Source of the DNA: Paraspadella gotoi
Taxonomy: Eukaryota; Animalia; Chaetognatha
Assembly: GCA_051294375.1 (NCBI GenBank)
Contig: CM119263.1
Coordinates: forward strand, 9,168,432 to 9,232,431
Length of the DNA: 64,000 nucleotides
Direction: 5' to 3'
In this document: positions 26,167 to 39,977 of the stretch, piece after piece
Layout of the letters: each line of letters starts with the position of its first letter
Position numbering within the stretch: the stretch's first letter is position 1
Translations under genes and position numbers: made by a program
The notes under the pieces: generated by a model
Seen by the model: the letters and a program-made list of their open reading frames with translations, nothing else
What the model was told of the DNA's origin: nothing
The model's database searches: none

Positions 26167-28374
26167 ATTCTCTCCTCTGCCTCTCTATACATTTCCGTTT
26201 CATTGCTCTTTTATCTATCCTTTTTTCGCCAATCAATCTCTTTATTTGCGGTTTTAATTTACCTCTCTCTCCTCTTTTCTCTCTCTCCCTCTCTCGCCTC
26301 TCTAATTTACTCTTCTACTTTCACTCTCACTTTTCCTTCATCTCCCCCCCTCACCCTTTCTAACTCTCCGCTCCAGACGCCTTTTCGACGACATCCGGGG
26401 ATCGACCGCCGTTAAAGGTGCTTGATCCCTGGTATAGATGTGCCGGGTCTTTGACGTCGCCGCCNNNNNNNNNNNNNNNNNNNNNNNNNCGATAGGATAT
26501 GGATCAAAGACGATCCCGCCAACTTCTCGTCGACGATGCGGCCTCGAGGAAATTGAAAAAAATGGGAAAAAAACGTGGGCTTCGATAGCGGAAATCTCTT
26601 AGCGACGCACCCTTATCGCGCCTACCACCGTCGCCCAAACCACCTCCGACATCACACGAGCCCCCCCGACGTACTTTACATTTTGCGCAGTTAAATTCTT
26701 TCGACTATCCCACTTCTCGCTAGACTCCGTTCGGGGCCCCGCAGCGGAGCAATAACCGGGATCCAGCCGCGCTTGGGCGTTAGAAAAAGCCCCTCGGACG
26801 GGACCAGGACCAGAACCGGTACCCGCAATCGTCAGCGTAACACAAATAATCTCCTCGCGATCGTTTTGCTTCTCCTCGTGTGGAGTTTCCTCCAAAGCGC
26901 ACCGCCCCTTTGATGCCCCTGGCCGTTCGTCGACGCTGAATATTCGTCGTCGTCAACGTCGTTGGCCTTCTCGTTTTCGTTGCGTCTTTCGTCATTCGTC
27001 CTTGTCTCAACAGAAGTCGCGAAGGCAGAAAGGCGAGGAGCTTCGTCGAATTTAATGACGAAAGAAAAATCGAAAGACAAAAATGGATTTTTTTTTTTCT
27101 TTTTAAGCCCACACCCGCCCGTTCTAATTGAGAGAGATATTTGGATTGGGATTTTAGCTTTAGGGTTGTTTATTAGTATGAATAAATTCGTAAGTGATTT
27201 AATCCCTTTAGTGGACTTTCGATTTAGACATCACATCACAGAGGCTACCTAAAAGATATACTCAATGAGAGATTTAAGTTGTCGTAACTTTTATGATCGT
27301 GGATTAAAGTATCCTTGGTCTAACGTCCGTTCGTCGTTTTAATCCTCCATAAATATCATCATATCGAATCGCCAATCCCTTTAATCCTTTACATTAATAT
27401 CTCATCCTCCCAAATTCCTCTCTCCTCATTCCACTCGTCACACCCTCACATTCTCGCTCACCTGCAAAAACTCACACCCAAACACCGAATCACCCCGCCG
27501 ACCTACCGGCTTCACCCTCGGGGCGTTCGACTACGACAGACGCTCTTTATTTTAAAGCAGATCAACAGGCGGCTGCGACCCGGCGAAAATGCTAGGCGGT
27601 GCGGTCGAGGCCCAAGAGGTAAAGAGGGCATGCTGCCCGGTGAGTGAGGCGCGTTGCTGGGGGAAATGTGGAAGAAGTTGCGCGATAGAAGGATTAGAAG
27701 GCTTCGAATGAAGGATATTCGCAGTTATGCAAATTTAAGTGTTGCTCGCAGATAACCGTTAGAAATAATGCGTAGGGGACAGATGACACATAGTTCAAAT
27801 CATTTAAACATTTTTTGAAAGAAGAAGAAAACGCTATGATATGGCATGACCTCTTTTTTTCACCTTTTTAACCTAACCAAGAAAACCGCGCACAATGCGG
27901 TCTTGCGTCTCATTTTCGCAGTTTCGTTCCGCGCTTCAATAAGACTCGAAGAACCAAATCGGTTTTGTTTCGCTGCGCTTGCTGCTTTCGGCATCCAATC
28001 TCTCTTTTCTCTTCTCTCTCCTCTCTTCCTCTCTCTCTCTCTCTCTCCTCCTCTCTCTCATCTTCTCTCTCTTTCTCTCTCTCTTCTCTCTCTCTCTCTC
28101 TTCTTCTCTCCTCATTCTCTCTCTCTCTCTCTCGCCTCTATTTCTATCAGCTTTCCTCGTTTCAATTGCTCTCTTTTATCTATCCTTTTTTCGCCAATCA
28201 ATTCTCTTTATTTGCGGTTTAATTTACCTCTCTCTCTTCTTTTTCTCTCTCTCCTCTCTCGCTCTCTTAATTTACCTTCTACTTTCACTCTCCTTTTCTT
28301 CTCCTCCCCCCCCACCCTTCTAACTCTCGCCTCCAGACGCCTTTTCGACGACATCCGGGGATCGGACCGCCGTT
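26005..28374 (+). repeat. Direct near-duplicate of ~0.4 kb (26005-26414 and 27995-28374)
   Basis: Shared TTTATCTATCCTTTTTTCGCCAATCAAT…CTCCAGACGCCTTTTCGACGACATCCGGGGATCG; a 25-N gap lies at 26465-26489. Confidence 0.85.
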
Positions 28375-28716
28375 ATCTCTCTCTTTTATTCGTTGCTGCG
28401 TCTTTGCTGCGTCGTTGCGCCGTCGATGCAGCGTCGTTGATGTTTCTCTGCGTCATTTTATTCGAAATCGAAATTCATCGTATTCCAGCATAGCTTTTTC
28501 ATTGGTATTTGATATTTTTTCCTCATATCTATTGAGCGATATAAAACCTTTTTAAGGATAAATAATAGATAAAAAATACTGTCCCTAATTTTTTTAAAAA
28601 AGATAATTCAAACCTCTCGTAAATTTCGATTTCGATTTCGATTCTAGAGACAACCGGGGTCGATAATTGTTTCAGTTTTTCTTTTTATATCCATTAAAGC
28701 ATGAGGCGTGTTTGAA

Positions 28717-28772
28717 CGCTTTCGGATCGCTTCCGGATCGCTTCCGGATCGCTTTCAGATCGCTTTCGATCC
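28717..28772 (+). repeat. 11-bp tandem repeat, about 5 copies
   Basis: CGCTT(T/C)C(G/A)GAT repeated in tandem. Confidence 0.85.
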
Positions 28773-28907
28773 CGATTGACCGCCTTTGAAAGTCTTTAAT
28801 CGCACTTCTCAATCGCTGTCGAAAATCTGTCTCGAATCTAAAGTTTTTAAGCGGGGCTTTTATAGTGAAACCAGAGACAGATGCAGAGGAAGAGGCGAAA
28901 ATTGTTG

Positions 28908-28960
<53 letters not shown>

Positions 28961-29647
28961 TCGTATTCCTTAAAATATCCCACTAAAGATCCAATTAACG
29001 CCGTCTGTTCGAAATGCCTACATTCGCGAATAAATTATGATTAAAACAATTTCACATATTTATCGAATGAAAAACAAGGAGCCATCCGCCCGCGAAAAAG
29101 ACTCGACCCCTTTTTTGCTTTTAAAATATGAGTTTTTTTTTTTCTCACTCGAAATAAATGATCGGAGAAAATCAAGATAAACTTCGCTCTGTCAAGAAAA
29201 ATAGCCTTTATTCCGATAAAAAACCCAAAAAGAGAGAGATACTTCTCTCATTAATTTCTTATTATTTGCTAACCAAAAGGTCGATTTTTAAACTTTTTAT
29301 TTAAAATCTGAAGAAGAAATATGACATACAGAAATATTTTCGTCAGTTTTTTTTTTTTGGGAGGTATCGAGGTTTTGAAGGATTCCAGCCTCCCATCGAC
29401 AGTGTCAGACGACTACAGGGCGGGAGGGTGACGTCTGGGACGGACGACGGAGACGACGGATGACGACGATGACGACGGATTCACGACAACGACGAAGGCG
29501 ATGCTGACGTACCGCGAAATCCAGGAATCGAGCTGACAACGATGATTCGACAGATTCTTATCCGAATCAATCATCTGTGGTCCATCAAAGTCCAATCGTG
29601 CAAGAGAGAGAGCGGAGACGGTGAAAAGAGAGAGAGAGAAGAGAGAT

Positions 29648-29698
<51 letters not shown>

Positions 29699-30105
29699 GA
29701 GAGAAGAGAATGAAGAAACTGAAGTTATGACAAAAAACCACGAGGTTTCTTTTCTATTTGTGGTCGTTTAAAAAAGTGTTGAAATACATTCTAGACAAAA
29801 TTAATTAAGAACACTAAATGAGTAAGAGCAACAAAAGATTAATTGTCTCCCTTGACCCCTCGCCAGTCGGATGCCAACCACATCCTGTCACGTTCGCGTT
29901 TGTTGCAGCCAAAAAAAGTCCGGGTTTTTTGCTTTGTTTTTTTTTACAAATCTTCTCTCTATACGCAGGCCATCTATTCTTTTAATGTTGGAACCAATCC
30001 CAGCCCTTTGTAAAACCACTCTTTTAGATGCCCAGAGAGAGATGAGAGAGGAGAGAGAGATAGAGAGAGAGTAAAAGGAAACGATAGAGAGAGAGAGAGA
30101 GTAGA

Positions 30106-30142
<37 letters not shown>

Positions 30143-31557
30143 GAGAGAGAGAAAANNNNNNNNNNNNNNNNNNNNNNNNNNNNNNNNNNNNNNNNNNNNN
30201 NNNNNNNNNNNNNNNNNNNNNNNNNNNNNNNNNNNNNNNNNNNNNNNNNNNNNNNNNNNNNNNNNNNNNNNNNNNNNNNNNNNNNNNNNNNNNNNNNNNN
30301 NNNNNNNNNNNNNNNNNNNNNNNNNNNNNNNNNNNNNNNNNNNNNNNNNNNNNNNNNNNNNNNNNNNNNNNNNNNNNNNNNNNNNNNNNNNNNNNNNNNN
30401 NNNNNNNNNNNNNNNNNNNNNNNNNNNNNNNNNNNNNNNNNNNNNNNNNNNNNNNNNNNNNNNNNNNNNNNNNNNNNNNNNNNNNNNNNNNNNNNNNNNN
30501 NNNNNNNNNNNNNNNNNNNNNNNNNNNNNNNNNNNNNNNNNNNNNNNNNNNNNNNNNNNNNNNNNNNNNNNNNNNNNNNNNNNNNNNNNNNNNNNNNNNN
30601 NNNNNNNNNNNNNNNNNNNNNNNNNNNNNNNNNNNNGCGTAATAGAATCGGTTGAATGGAAATCGCTCTTTTTCCCTCAATTTTCTTCGCCTTTTCGATT
30701 TTCTTTTTCGACTCTTAAAATTCTATTATTTTTTTTCCCCTTTTTGTTTCACGTCAGAAACGATAAAAAAGGTGGAATTAGACTCTAGTTGAAAAAGGAG
30801 GGTGTTCGTAGATTGAATCTGATTGGTCGATGAGTGCCTCAGATGGTTTTCTATTGGCCGGTGGACGAACATCAATGCATTTGGAATTGGTCGGCGGGTG
30901 GGCATCGACGGGTTTTCCATCGATCGACGGGGGAGCCTTTGATTGATTTCAATGGGTTGGTCCTTGCGCATGAATGGGATTTCATGGGCGGGTGAGGCCT
31001 CATGAGGAGACCGTGAATGCCGCATTATAGATGGGTGAGAATCAAGGATCAGAGTTTCAACCACGAGTATGAAAAAGCCAAACCGGTTGGGGGGGGCGTT
31101 ACATCTCTCTCTTTTGTTTCACGGAATTTCTTTGGAACAATTGTCGTCAACAAGTGGAGACATTTCGACATCGAAATTTCGCGACTGAGTCGAGTCCCTT
31201 TGACGCTATTTTTTTTTCTCTCTCCTCAACGATGGAACGAGAACAAAAGGACAACAGAGTTGGAGAAAAAAAAACTTATGGAATTATTTTCGCGAGTGAC
31301 TCCATTCAGGATTTCTTTAAATGCCTTTAGCTTTGATTCCCTGCTTAGTTTCCATTTTTAAGTAAAAAAAAAAAATTGTTTTCTTCTTTTGTTGTTCGTT
31401 TGTTTTCTTCCGCTCGAACGAAACGAAACAATTATTACAAAAAATATAAAAAAGTTGAAAAGAAAAAAAGACTTGAAAAGTCTCTCTCGTGGGTCTTTCT
31501 ATGTTTTCCGCGTCTTTTAACCTTTTGGAAATGATTTAATATTTCAAGCTGTGAAGA

Positions 31558-31609
<52 letters not shown>

Positions 31610-31774
31610 CCTTTAAAATAAAGTTTACATGTCGAGACTTGCATAGGAACAAATGTAGTAGATGTAATGGGATCAGACTGCGGAATTTAAATTGTATAGA
31701 ATTTTCTTAATTTGGGAGCCGAGAAAAAAATGAGAAAGAAAAAAAAATTCTTTCTTTCTCTTCCATTTCATTCA

Positions 31775-33030
31775 CGCAGAACTTCGTCGTCGAGACGTTT
31801 GACAGATTGCTCTTTTGTTGCTCCTTTGTTATCATTTTAATCCCAGGTGGACAGATGGCGCGTCCCTCTATTCAAAATTGCGCCGCTGAGATTTCAATCC
31901 AATCGAATTTCTCGACGCCGGGAGACGCGAGTGCGAGGATATCGCGTCCAATTTTCCCGCCACGATGTGGACGTTTGGACGCCTTTCAATATGATTTGTC
32001 CCATTAGGGAAAATGCTAAAATTTTTACATGAAATTCGACGAAACCGTTTTGTTATGTTTATTAGTCGATTAGTAAATTTCACATTAAATTCAACGTAGT
32101 TTTTTAAAGCTCGACTGCAAAAATTAAAGCAAAATTCTCGAAGCGAAAAGAAATGCTCGATTTAAAAAAACGCATTGTTCCGCACTCATTTATTGTCTCT
32201 TTCGAACGCAAAATATTCTGGAACGTTCCATTCTAAAGACATGAAAATTTTCGATAAATCATTCTTGTTCATTTCATCAAAATAAAGCCTTCGCAATAGA
32301 GACGGTCTGAAAAGAACGAGAGAGAGAGAACGCAGACTTCCCGTCGCGTCGATACGCTGAAGCACGATTTGCTCTATCGTTTGTTGGCTCCTTTGTTATC
32401 ATTTCCTGTCCATTTTTGTAATCCCCAGCGAGTTGGTGAGGCTTGGTCGTGGACAATTTGGCATCCCGCCTATCCCTCTATTCAAAATTTGCGCACTCTG
32501 ATACGCCGGCTAGCCATTCAATATTCGCCCAAAGTCATTCGAAATTTCTCAACGCCGTTCTGGAGACGCCAACTAGTTCGTGCGAGCGATATCCGCGTCC
32601 ACATTTTTCCTGGCCACCGATGTGGACGTTTGGACGCTTTCAATATGATTGTGTCCCCAATTAGTGGAAAATGCTTAAAATTTTTACGGTATGAAATTCG
32701 ACCCCGACCGAAACCGTTTGTTATGTTTATTAGTCCGAGAGATTAGTGACGGATGAGCTTAAATTTCACATTAAATTCAACGTAGTTTTTTAAAGCTCGA
32801 CTGCAAAAAATTTTAAGCAAAATTCTCGAAGACGAAATAAGAAATGCTCGATTTAAAAAAAGACGCCATTTGTTCCGCACTTATTTATTGTCTCTTTTCG
32901 AACTCAAAATATTCTGGAACGTTCCATTCTAAAGTCAATGAAAATGTTCGATAAATCATTCTTGTTCATTTCATCAAATAAAGCCCTTGTCTGCAATAGA
33001 GAGCGGTCTGCAAAAGAAACGAGCAGAGAG
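31775..33030 (+). repeat. Tandem near-duplicate (31775-32330 and an insertion-rich copy at 32331-33030)
   Basis: Shared TCCCTCTATTCAAAATT, GATGTGGACGTTTGGACGC and AAATTTCACATTAAATTCAACGTAGTTTTTTAAAGCTCGACTGC; the second copy is inflated by scattered insertions. Confidence 0.88.
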
Positions 33031-33578
33031 GAGGAGACGAAGTGGTAGACAGCGAAGAGATGGGAGAGGAAGACGAATCGAGGATGATGAGAAGACGAGA
33101 CGAGAGAGAGAGAGAACAGAGAGAGTGGAGACACGAGAGAGAAGGGCGGAGAGATGAGATGAGAGAGAGGGACGGGAGAGAGAGAAAGAAAGAGGAGAGA
33201 GAGAGAGAGAGAGAGAGGAGTAGGAGAGAGAGAGGAAAGAGGAGAGAGATGTAATATAGATTTTATTTTTAGGATATTAAGCGAAGAAAAAAATGGGGGC
33301 TCATACCGCGTTGGATTAAGCCCGGCGGGTTTCCCTTTTATTTGCGCGTCATTGAAACGCGAGCGGCGTCCGCGCCCCCGCGGGGCGAAACGCCGGGGGA
33401 GCGTTTACACTTATCCGATTATCCGTCGCTCTATTGTATCCTCTTTTAGAGTTATATTCATTAACCTATATGCCTGACATTTGAATGGGAATTTAGCGGT
33501 TGATCAAAATGTGGAAGTGAGACGCGTTCGAACGGCCCATGAAAAACGAAGAGAGAGAGAGAGATGAGAGATAGAGAG

Positions 33579-33620
<42 letters not shown>

Positions 33621-33883
33621 GAGAGAGAGAGGAGAGAGAGAGAGAATTGACGACCGACGACGATGATTCGAATGAACGGAGACGATTAAAAGACGATTGG
33701 TGACGAAATAAAGTCGACGATGAGATGACGACGACGATGAGCGGACGACATTTAGCCGGTGGACTAGAATAAGGAACCTCAAAGATCCTCAGAGGAATAA
33801 GAAGGACCATTAAGCCATTTCAAGCGACACACGGCTAGGTATTAGTTAAGTTCTCACTCGTCGAGGCGCCGGTTCGAACTTAC

Positions 33884-34085
33884 CTTAACTTGACTTTCAG
33901 TCATTCCAAAGAATACGCCAGCCTCGCTCGCACGGTCCCGCCAAGTACTTGGTTTGTTCGAAAGTCTTTTCCAAAGCAAAAAATTGGTGACCGGAGAAGG
34001 TTTGGCGGGGTGCTTCTTTTTGCCGTCTCTTGTCGACCGTNNNNNNNNNNNNNNNNNNNNNNNNNCGTTAAGTGTCCGGCGGAAA
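33884..34085 (-). CDS. Nkx6: Second copy of Nkx6 exon 2, interrupted by a 25-N gap; probably an assembly duplicate
   Basis: 33884-34040 is letter-for-letter identical to 41742-41898 (offset 7858). The 5' part (34066-34085) joins exon 1 in frame: G|TT TCC GCC GGA CAC TTA ACG = VSAGHLT, leading into VD.DGKKKH. Confidence 0.6.
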
Positions 34086-37000
34086 CTGGAAGGTAAGGAC
34101 AGGTAAGTTAAGTGAATTCTTGCTTTTGTGAGAGAGTTGAAAAAAAATACAGCTATTAGACATCACACAAACGTCGCCAACGAAAAAAAAATTGGACAAT
34201 TTAAATATCAATTTTCTTCAAACGCTATTAAATTCCTTCTTCATTATACTCATTTCCATTTATACTTTTACATTTTTTGTCGTCTCTTTCTTATCTCTAG
34301 TTTGTTTTCTGGCTTCTCTTTTCTCGTTATACTCATTTCTCTTTCCTCACCCCTCTATCCGCTCTCCTTCTCTCCTCCCTTCTTTCTCCCGTCAACATCA
34401 TTTATCCTCTCGACTCGCGACGCTCCGAACGTTTCTCGGCCCATAACCCAAAATCCCTACTCCATTCCGCGGGTCGTAACGGCGTCAATGTAAGACGACG
34501 CCGGTGTCACGCCGCCATCTTTATCCCCCACCCTAACACTCCCGCCCCACTCACGCCGCAACCCCTGACGAATTAACAACCCCGTTTCGGCGTCGTTTAC
34601 ATTCCACGAATCTTCATTTCCGGCGTCGAATCGGGCGTCGCCGAGGCGCGAAGACGCCGCCGCCGTAACATGGCCGACTAAGCCGACACGGTCGCCGACG
34701 CCGCCACTAAATCCCGAAGCCTCGAGGCGTTTGTAGGTCGAACGGAAAAACTCGCATTATTTTTCCTTTCGGCGAATCTCGGGCGAAAAGAAGTGAGAAG
34801 AAAGAAAAGGGATTTTAAAGGAAACTGCGATTCGAAGCGGATAAAGAGATCTGGTTATCGTATCATATGCTAAACAGTAAATATAAATAGAAATATACAA
34901 AAATATGAATATAAATGAATATAAATATTAACAGTATATTAAAAATGACGGGAAGATAGCGAGAACATGAAGCCAACTGAATAGTGAATACCAATACTTG
35001 ACTTCCATCTTTAAAAGATCAAAGGATTTTATTTTTAGAAGAGACATTAAATTGTCAATATGCTCCCTTACAATATAGAACTGCAGAGATGGTAATTAAC
35101 TAGCACTGCTTTTCAATCTTCTTATTNNNNNNNNNNNNNNNNNNNNNNNNNAAAGAAAGATGGATTTCCTTTTTTGTCCGCCACTTCCGTCGATGCACCC
35201 ACCACCGCCCCCAACGCTGTCTTTACCACCACACCGACCCACCGGTTCGATCTTTTGTCTACGCCGCCCGACGCGCTGACGCCCGGACGGGTTCGCTTCC
35301 ACGCCATCTCTCGCCCGTCCAACTTCTTTCGAGGCCTTTCCTTCCTTTCCTCCTCTCCTCCTCCTCTTCCCATTTTCGCGCCACCCGATGCCACTTTGCT
35401 CGCCTCCCTAATCTTCTTCGGTCATCGACGAAGTCCGTTTCTCTCGCGCGTCTTCGTCGTCGTCCGGTTTCGCGTCTGTTCTTTCTATGGTTACTTAAAA
35501 TCCGTTATCGTCTATTGTTGATTTAGTTTTTCATTCCCCTGAGTTCCACTTCCTTCTTTTTCCTTCTTACTTCTATTTTTCCTTTTGAATTTTCTTTCTT
35601 GACATTGACGGACGTCATTTTTTTTACTTTTTTTTTCTTACGCAGTAACCTCGAGTTCGTCACATATTACAGTCGTCGTCCGTCGTGTCGCGTCGTCGTT
35701 GTCGCGAAGGTCGATGAAAAGATTGACCCCATCGCCCCTTCCTTTCAACTCCGACACTCCCACGTCATAGCGCCCTTCCCTCGGTCAAACCATTTTCCTA
35801 ACCTGAAACCCCTTTTCTTATCTCAACCCTGACTCATATTTAGTCGCCCCCAATCCCTCATAACACAGCAGAGAGCCCAGCCTTTCTTTCCAGCCGCTGA
35901 GACCATAACTCGACGTATTTAATTAGTCTCAAACCAATTGTTTTTTTTATTCTAAACATCAAAACCTCAGCTATTTACCCTTTTTCTTACAACACACCGT
36001 CTTTTTTCTTTGTCTCGAAAATTTCCCATCCTCCCAAGTCACAACCCTCCACAGAATTTTCCCTTTCAGTCTTTTCTCTCCCACGACCACGCCCACCAAG
36101 TCTCCATCTCCCCTTTTTTCTTCCCCACCCTCCTTACACCCTGACCTTTCTTCAGCTTCATCCTTCCATTTTCTTAACTTTTCTCCTTTCTACTCTTTCT
36201 TTTCTTTTTTTTCTTTTCCGTTTCCTCCTTTTTCCTCTATTTTGTCACCGGTCTTTCATGATGGGTTTGGCTTCCGTTTTCAAAAGCGCCCTTGAAGGTC
36301 CGCGTCTGTTTCGAACGCTTTCTCTCTCTCTCAATCTCTCTCATCTATCCTTCTCCTCTCTCCTCTCTCCTCTCTCTCTCTCTCATGGGGTTGGTCGACA
36401 ATCGACCGAGCCGCGAGACGACCAAAAGGCTTCCCTCTCCTTCCGTCCTCTCTCTCTTACCGGCGGTCGAAAGTCGGAGGTCATCCGCGTTCGGTGACTC
36501 TCGAAAATGAGGCGAGCATCCTCTCCCTTTCTCTACCGCGACGGTCGATGTCCGCGGGTCTATTGTGCGACTTTACCCGCGGTTCTTACTTCTCATCTCT
36601 TTCTCTCTTATCTTCTCCTTGTTTTCGGGTTTCTCTCTCTGTTTCTTCGCTCTCTCTCTTGCTTTCCCGAAAATCATAATAATTGAAGGGTCCAGCCAAG
36701 GATGCACAAACGGTCAGTTGTCAAATATATTAACCGTTGATTGTTGTTGTTGTGTTATTGTTTTTTGTCCTATCTGTTGCCTGCTTAGGGCTTTTTTGTC
36801 CTTTGTTGTTGGTTTCTCAAATAATCGATGTTCTACTAAATTCTAAGAAAATTACTCAATGAAATTTTTCAACTCGCATCCTCGACGAAAAATAAATTTT
36901 TTATGTGGGCGTTTTTTTAAATTGATATTACTGATAAAAATCAGATGGAGAATTACCCCACAAAATAAAGGCAGACAAAATTTGAGACAGAGAGTAAACG

Positions 37001-37149
37001 TTATAGCCATGGGGACGAGGCCAAATGTAAGAGAATAATTTTTGTGACGAATTCTGAACCCCGAGATCCCGCGAGCTGACGGGGAAGAGACGAGTAAAGG
37101 GGAGGACGACGATGCCTTCGTGAAACCCTCTCCTCGTTGCTCCCAAAAT

Positions 37150-38710
37150 CATGATGTTCTCAAAGCTAAAAAAACTTTATCCATGTCATTCACCAATCTT
37201 ACATGGAATTTGAAATAGGTAGAAGTAGAGAAATGTTTCAGAACAAAAACAGCATAAAATTAATCAACCAATTGTCCATCACGTATATGTATCTTAAAAT
37301 ACCTTAGTTATTAATGAATCTAGAAATAAATCATTATTATTTTTTCCTTTAAATGATTTCATCATTAAACCTTGTAAATACGTAGGCATAAAAATTGTAA
37401 TAAGTATTTTAATTACATCTTACTATGAAAATTAGAACTTGTAATTAATGTAACTTTTCTAATATTTGTCGAATATTCAACCTAACCATTTTTCCCGCAT
37501 AGTTAGCCATAGCCAATGAAATTAAATGTAATGTATACAGTATTAAAATAATCTATCATGCGACCATAGATTATGGTAATAAATATTTTTTGTACTAGCC
37601 TAATAATATTATATTACTATAAAGAGCAAAAAATTATTTTTTTAAATCTTAAAATTTTTTGAAGGATTCTAATAGAGTAGTAAAAGTTAAACAAGAAATA
37701 TAAATTACAGCTTTTAAAAATTCTTACATTTTCTCAGTGAAAATTATAAAAAACTGATAAAATCACGAAAGATATGATAATGATTTTTTTTACGGTTTTC
37801 TTATTTTTGACACACTTATCGTAAAAATATTTAAAAAAAGAATTATACTTTGTGTAGACAACTTTTTAATGAGCTATCTGAATCTGTTTTAAAATTTATC
37901 ATCTACAAAAAATTTTTGGCCTTTCCTTATCTGTTATAATAAATAAATTGTGCAAACGAGTTTTTTAAAAATGGTTGAGAAAAATTTTTTGCTTTAGCCT
38001 TATTTTTCAATATGTTTTAACTGATTTATAGCAAAGAATAAGCAATATTTGCAATAATATTTTTAGGAAGCAGGATTGACAATTGAATTTTGTAAAAAAA
38101 TTTGGACCGTGCCATAAGGTTTTTAAAAATGACTGAATTTATATGTATTGCAGGACTAACCCAAGGCCCACTATTACTAAAATTTAAAACCATAATATTT
38201 GCAAATAAGGAAGTTATGCATCATTGAAAAAATGACTCCATCTAAAATACTCAGCACTGATAAAATAGCAAAAAAATTTGTTTATAGTAACAATATTTTA
38301 CAGAAGTTACAAACCCTCTTGAGTACAAGTTAGCAAAATTTAAAAAAAAAAATTTCAAAATTTATTAGAGTTTAGCAAGTTTTTAAACAAAAAAATTTGA
38401 CTCTATTTTGTAGTGGTTTAGGATTATTTATTTAAAAAAATTGCTAAAATGGGCAATCAGCCAGACATCTAGCATAAGCTTCCTATAAAATCCTAAGCCA
38501 TTTAATCTATAAATGGACAAGTAAAATTACATGACAGACTACGACTTCTAGGTTCCGGTACTGTATAAAAATAATTACTAAGGGTATAGAGCCAATATTA
38601 GGAATTTTTTTGTCTATTGAAAGTAATTCTTAAAAAGTCTAAATATTCGTTGAGCATGTACTCACTCTAAATTTTTGACTCACCCATTGAGTGCGGCTAC
38701 CCCTGCCCAG
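37150..38710. mobile_element. AT-rich interspersed repeat, probably a non-autonomous transposon remnant (mirror copy at ~44300-45860)
   Basis: Abrupt switch to very AT-rich, microsatellite-free DNA. The internal segment 37640-37810 (…CAAGAAATATAAATTACAGCTTTTAAAAATTCTTAC…TTTCTCAGT) recurs as a noisy copy at 24830-25020. Ends not defined. Confidence 0.5.
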
Positions 38711-39049
38711 TAGACAGAAAAAAGTAATAACTAAACCGAAAAGCATAAAGAGAGAGCTTGGAGAAATTGAAGAGAGAAAAAGAGAAAATCGGCCAAAATA
38801 ATCGACGAAGTCTCACGAATGAACCGCGGAAAAGGAGCGAAAGGCGGTGAATTGAGGAGGAGGAGTCATTTTCGTCCCGTGAAGACCCCGCGGAAGAGAG
38901 AGCGAACCTACTCCGCCGCCCGAGGTTCCCTACGGGGTCACCTCATGGGCTGGCCTATTTCATGGTCGAGACCAGTGGGCGGTAAAGTCAACCATATGCC
39001 TCTCTCCTGCACTCTCTCTCTCTCTCTTCTCTCGTCTCTCTCTCTCTGC

Positions 39050-39082
<33 letters not shown>

Positions 39083-39657
39083 CTCTTCTCTCTCTCTCTC
39101 TTCTTCTCCTCTCTCTCTCTCCTTGCTCAACTGTACATTCATCCAAATCTTTTCATTGTTTTTACCATATTCTATTCCACAATTTTTTTATTTTAACAAA
39201 GTACTATGTAATTATCTCATAGTATTTCCCATACGCTTGAAATAAATTTTACCCTCCTTTTTCATAAGCAGACTTTTTCGTTTTTTTAAATTCCTCTCAC
39301 ATTATTATAATTTCGTTAAAATTTCCTTCTTTCAGCCTAATAATTTTGACGACATAAAAATGGTTTACCGTCCGGCCGACGTTAATTTCTCTCTCTCTTC
39401 TCCTCTCTCTCTCTCTACCTCTCTCTCTATCTCACCCCCCGACCGTTCGGCGCACGCACGCCCCCTCTTAAAACGCAACCGCGCGCACCTCATCTTTGCC
39501 TATTGAAAAAGTATTGCCCTCCTTCCCCTCTTTTTCCCCGCCCCCTGGAGACCCAAAAACGCTTTCCTGGAAAGAGTTTCGTTAAAACGAGTAAAAAAAG
39601 ACGCGGGATAGCGAGGGACGGAGATAGCGAGCTAGTGACCGACGGAAGATAGGGAGC

Positions 39658-39690
<33 letters not shown>

Positions 39691-39942
39691 CGAGAGAGAG
39701 AGGAGAGAGAGAGAGAGAGAGAAAGGAGAGAGAGAGAGAAAGAGAGAGAAAGAGTAGAAAATAGCGAGAGTCTCGCGGGCAGTTGGCGCTAGCGTCGAAG
39801 ACCGAGCCACCATGAATCCATCAATGTTATGGCTCATCAACATTTTTTTGAGTAACAACGAAAATAAATATAAACGGCTCTCCTAATGTTTTTTCTATGC
39901 GACGGAAAACGAGGCTACTTTTCAGTTACGAATTTCTATGAG

Positions 39943-39977
<35 letters not shown>

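Noticed and set aside
29984-29998. Minus-strand TGG TTC CAA (WFQ) as a possible Nkx6 exon 3
   Set aside because: It continues CAT TAA (H, stop) rather than NRRTKW, and there is no splice acceptor.
38670-38715. Possible Helitron 3' hairpin at the end of the AT-rich repeat
   Set aside because: Only a weak hairpin is present and there is no properly placed CTRR terminus, so the class cannot be assigned.
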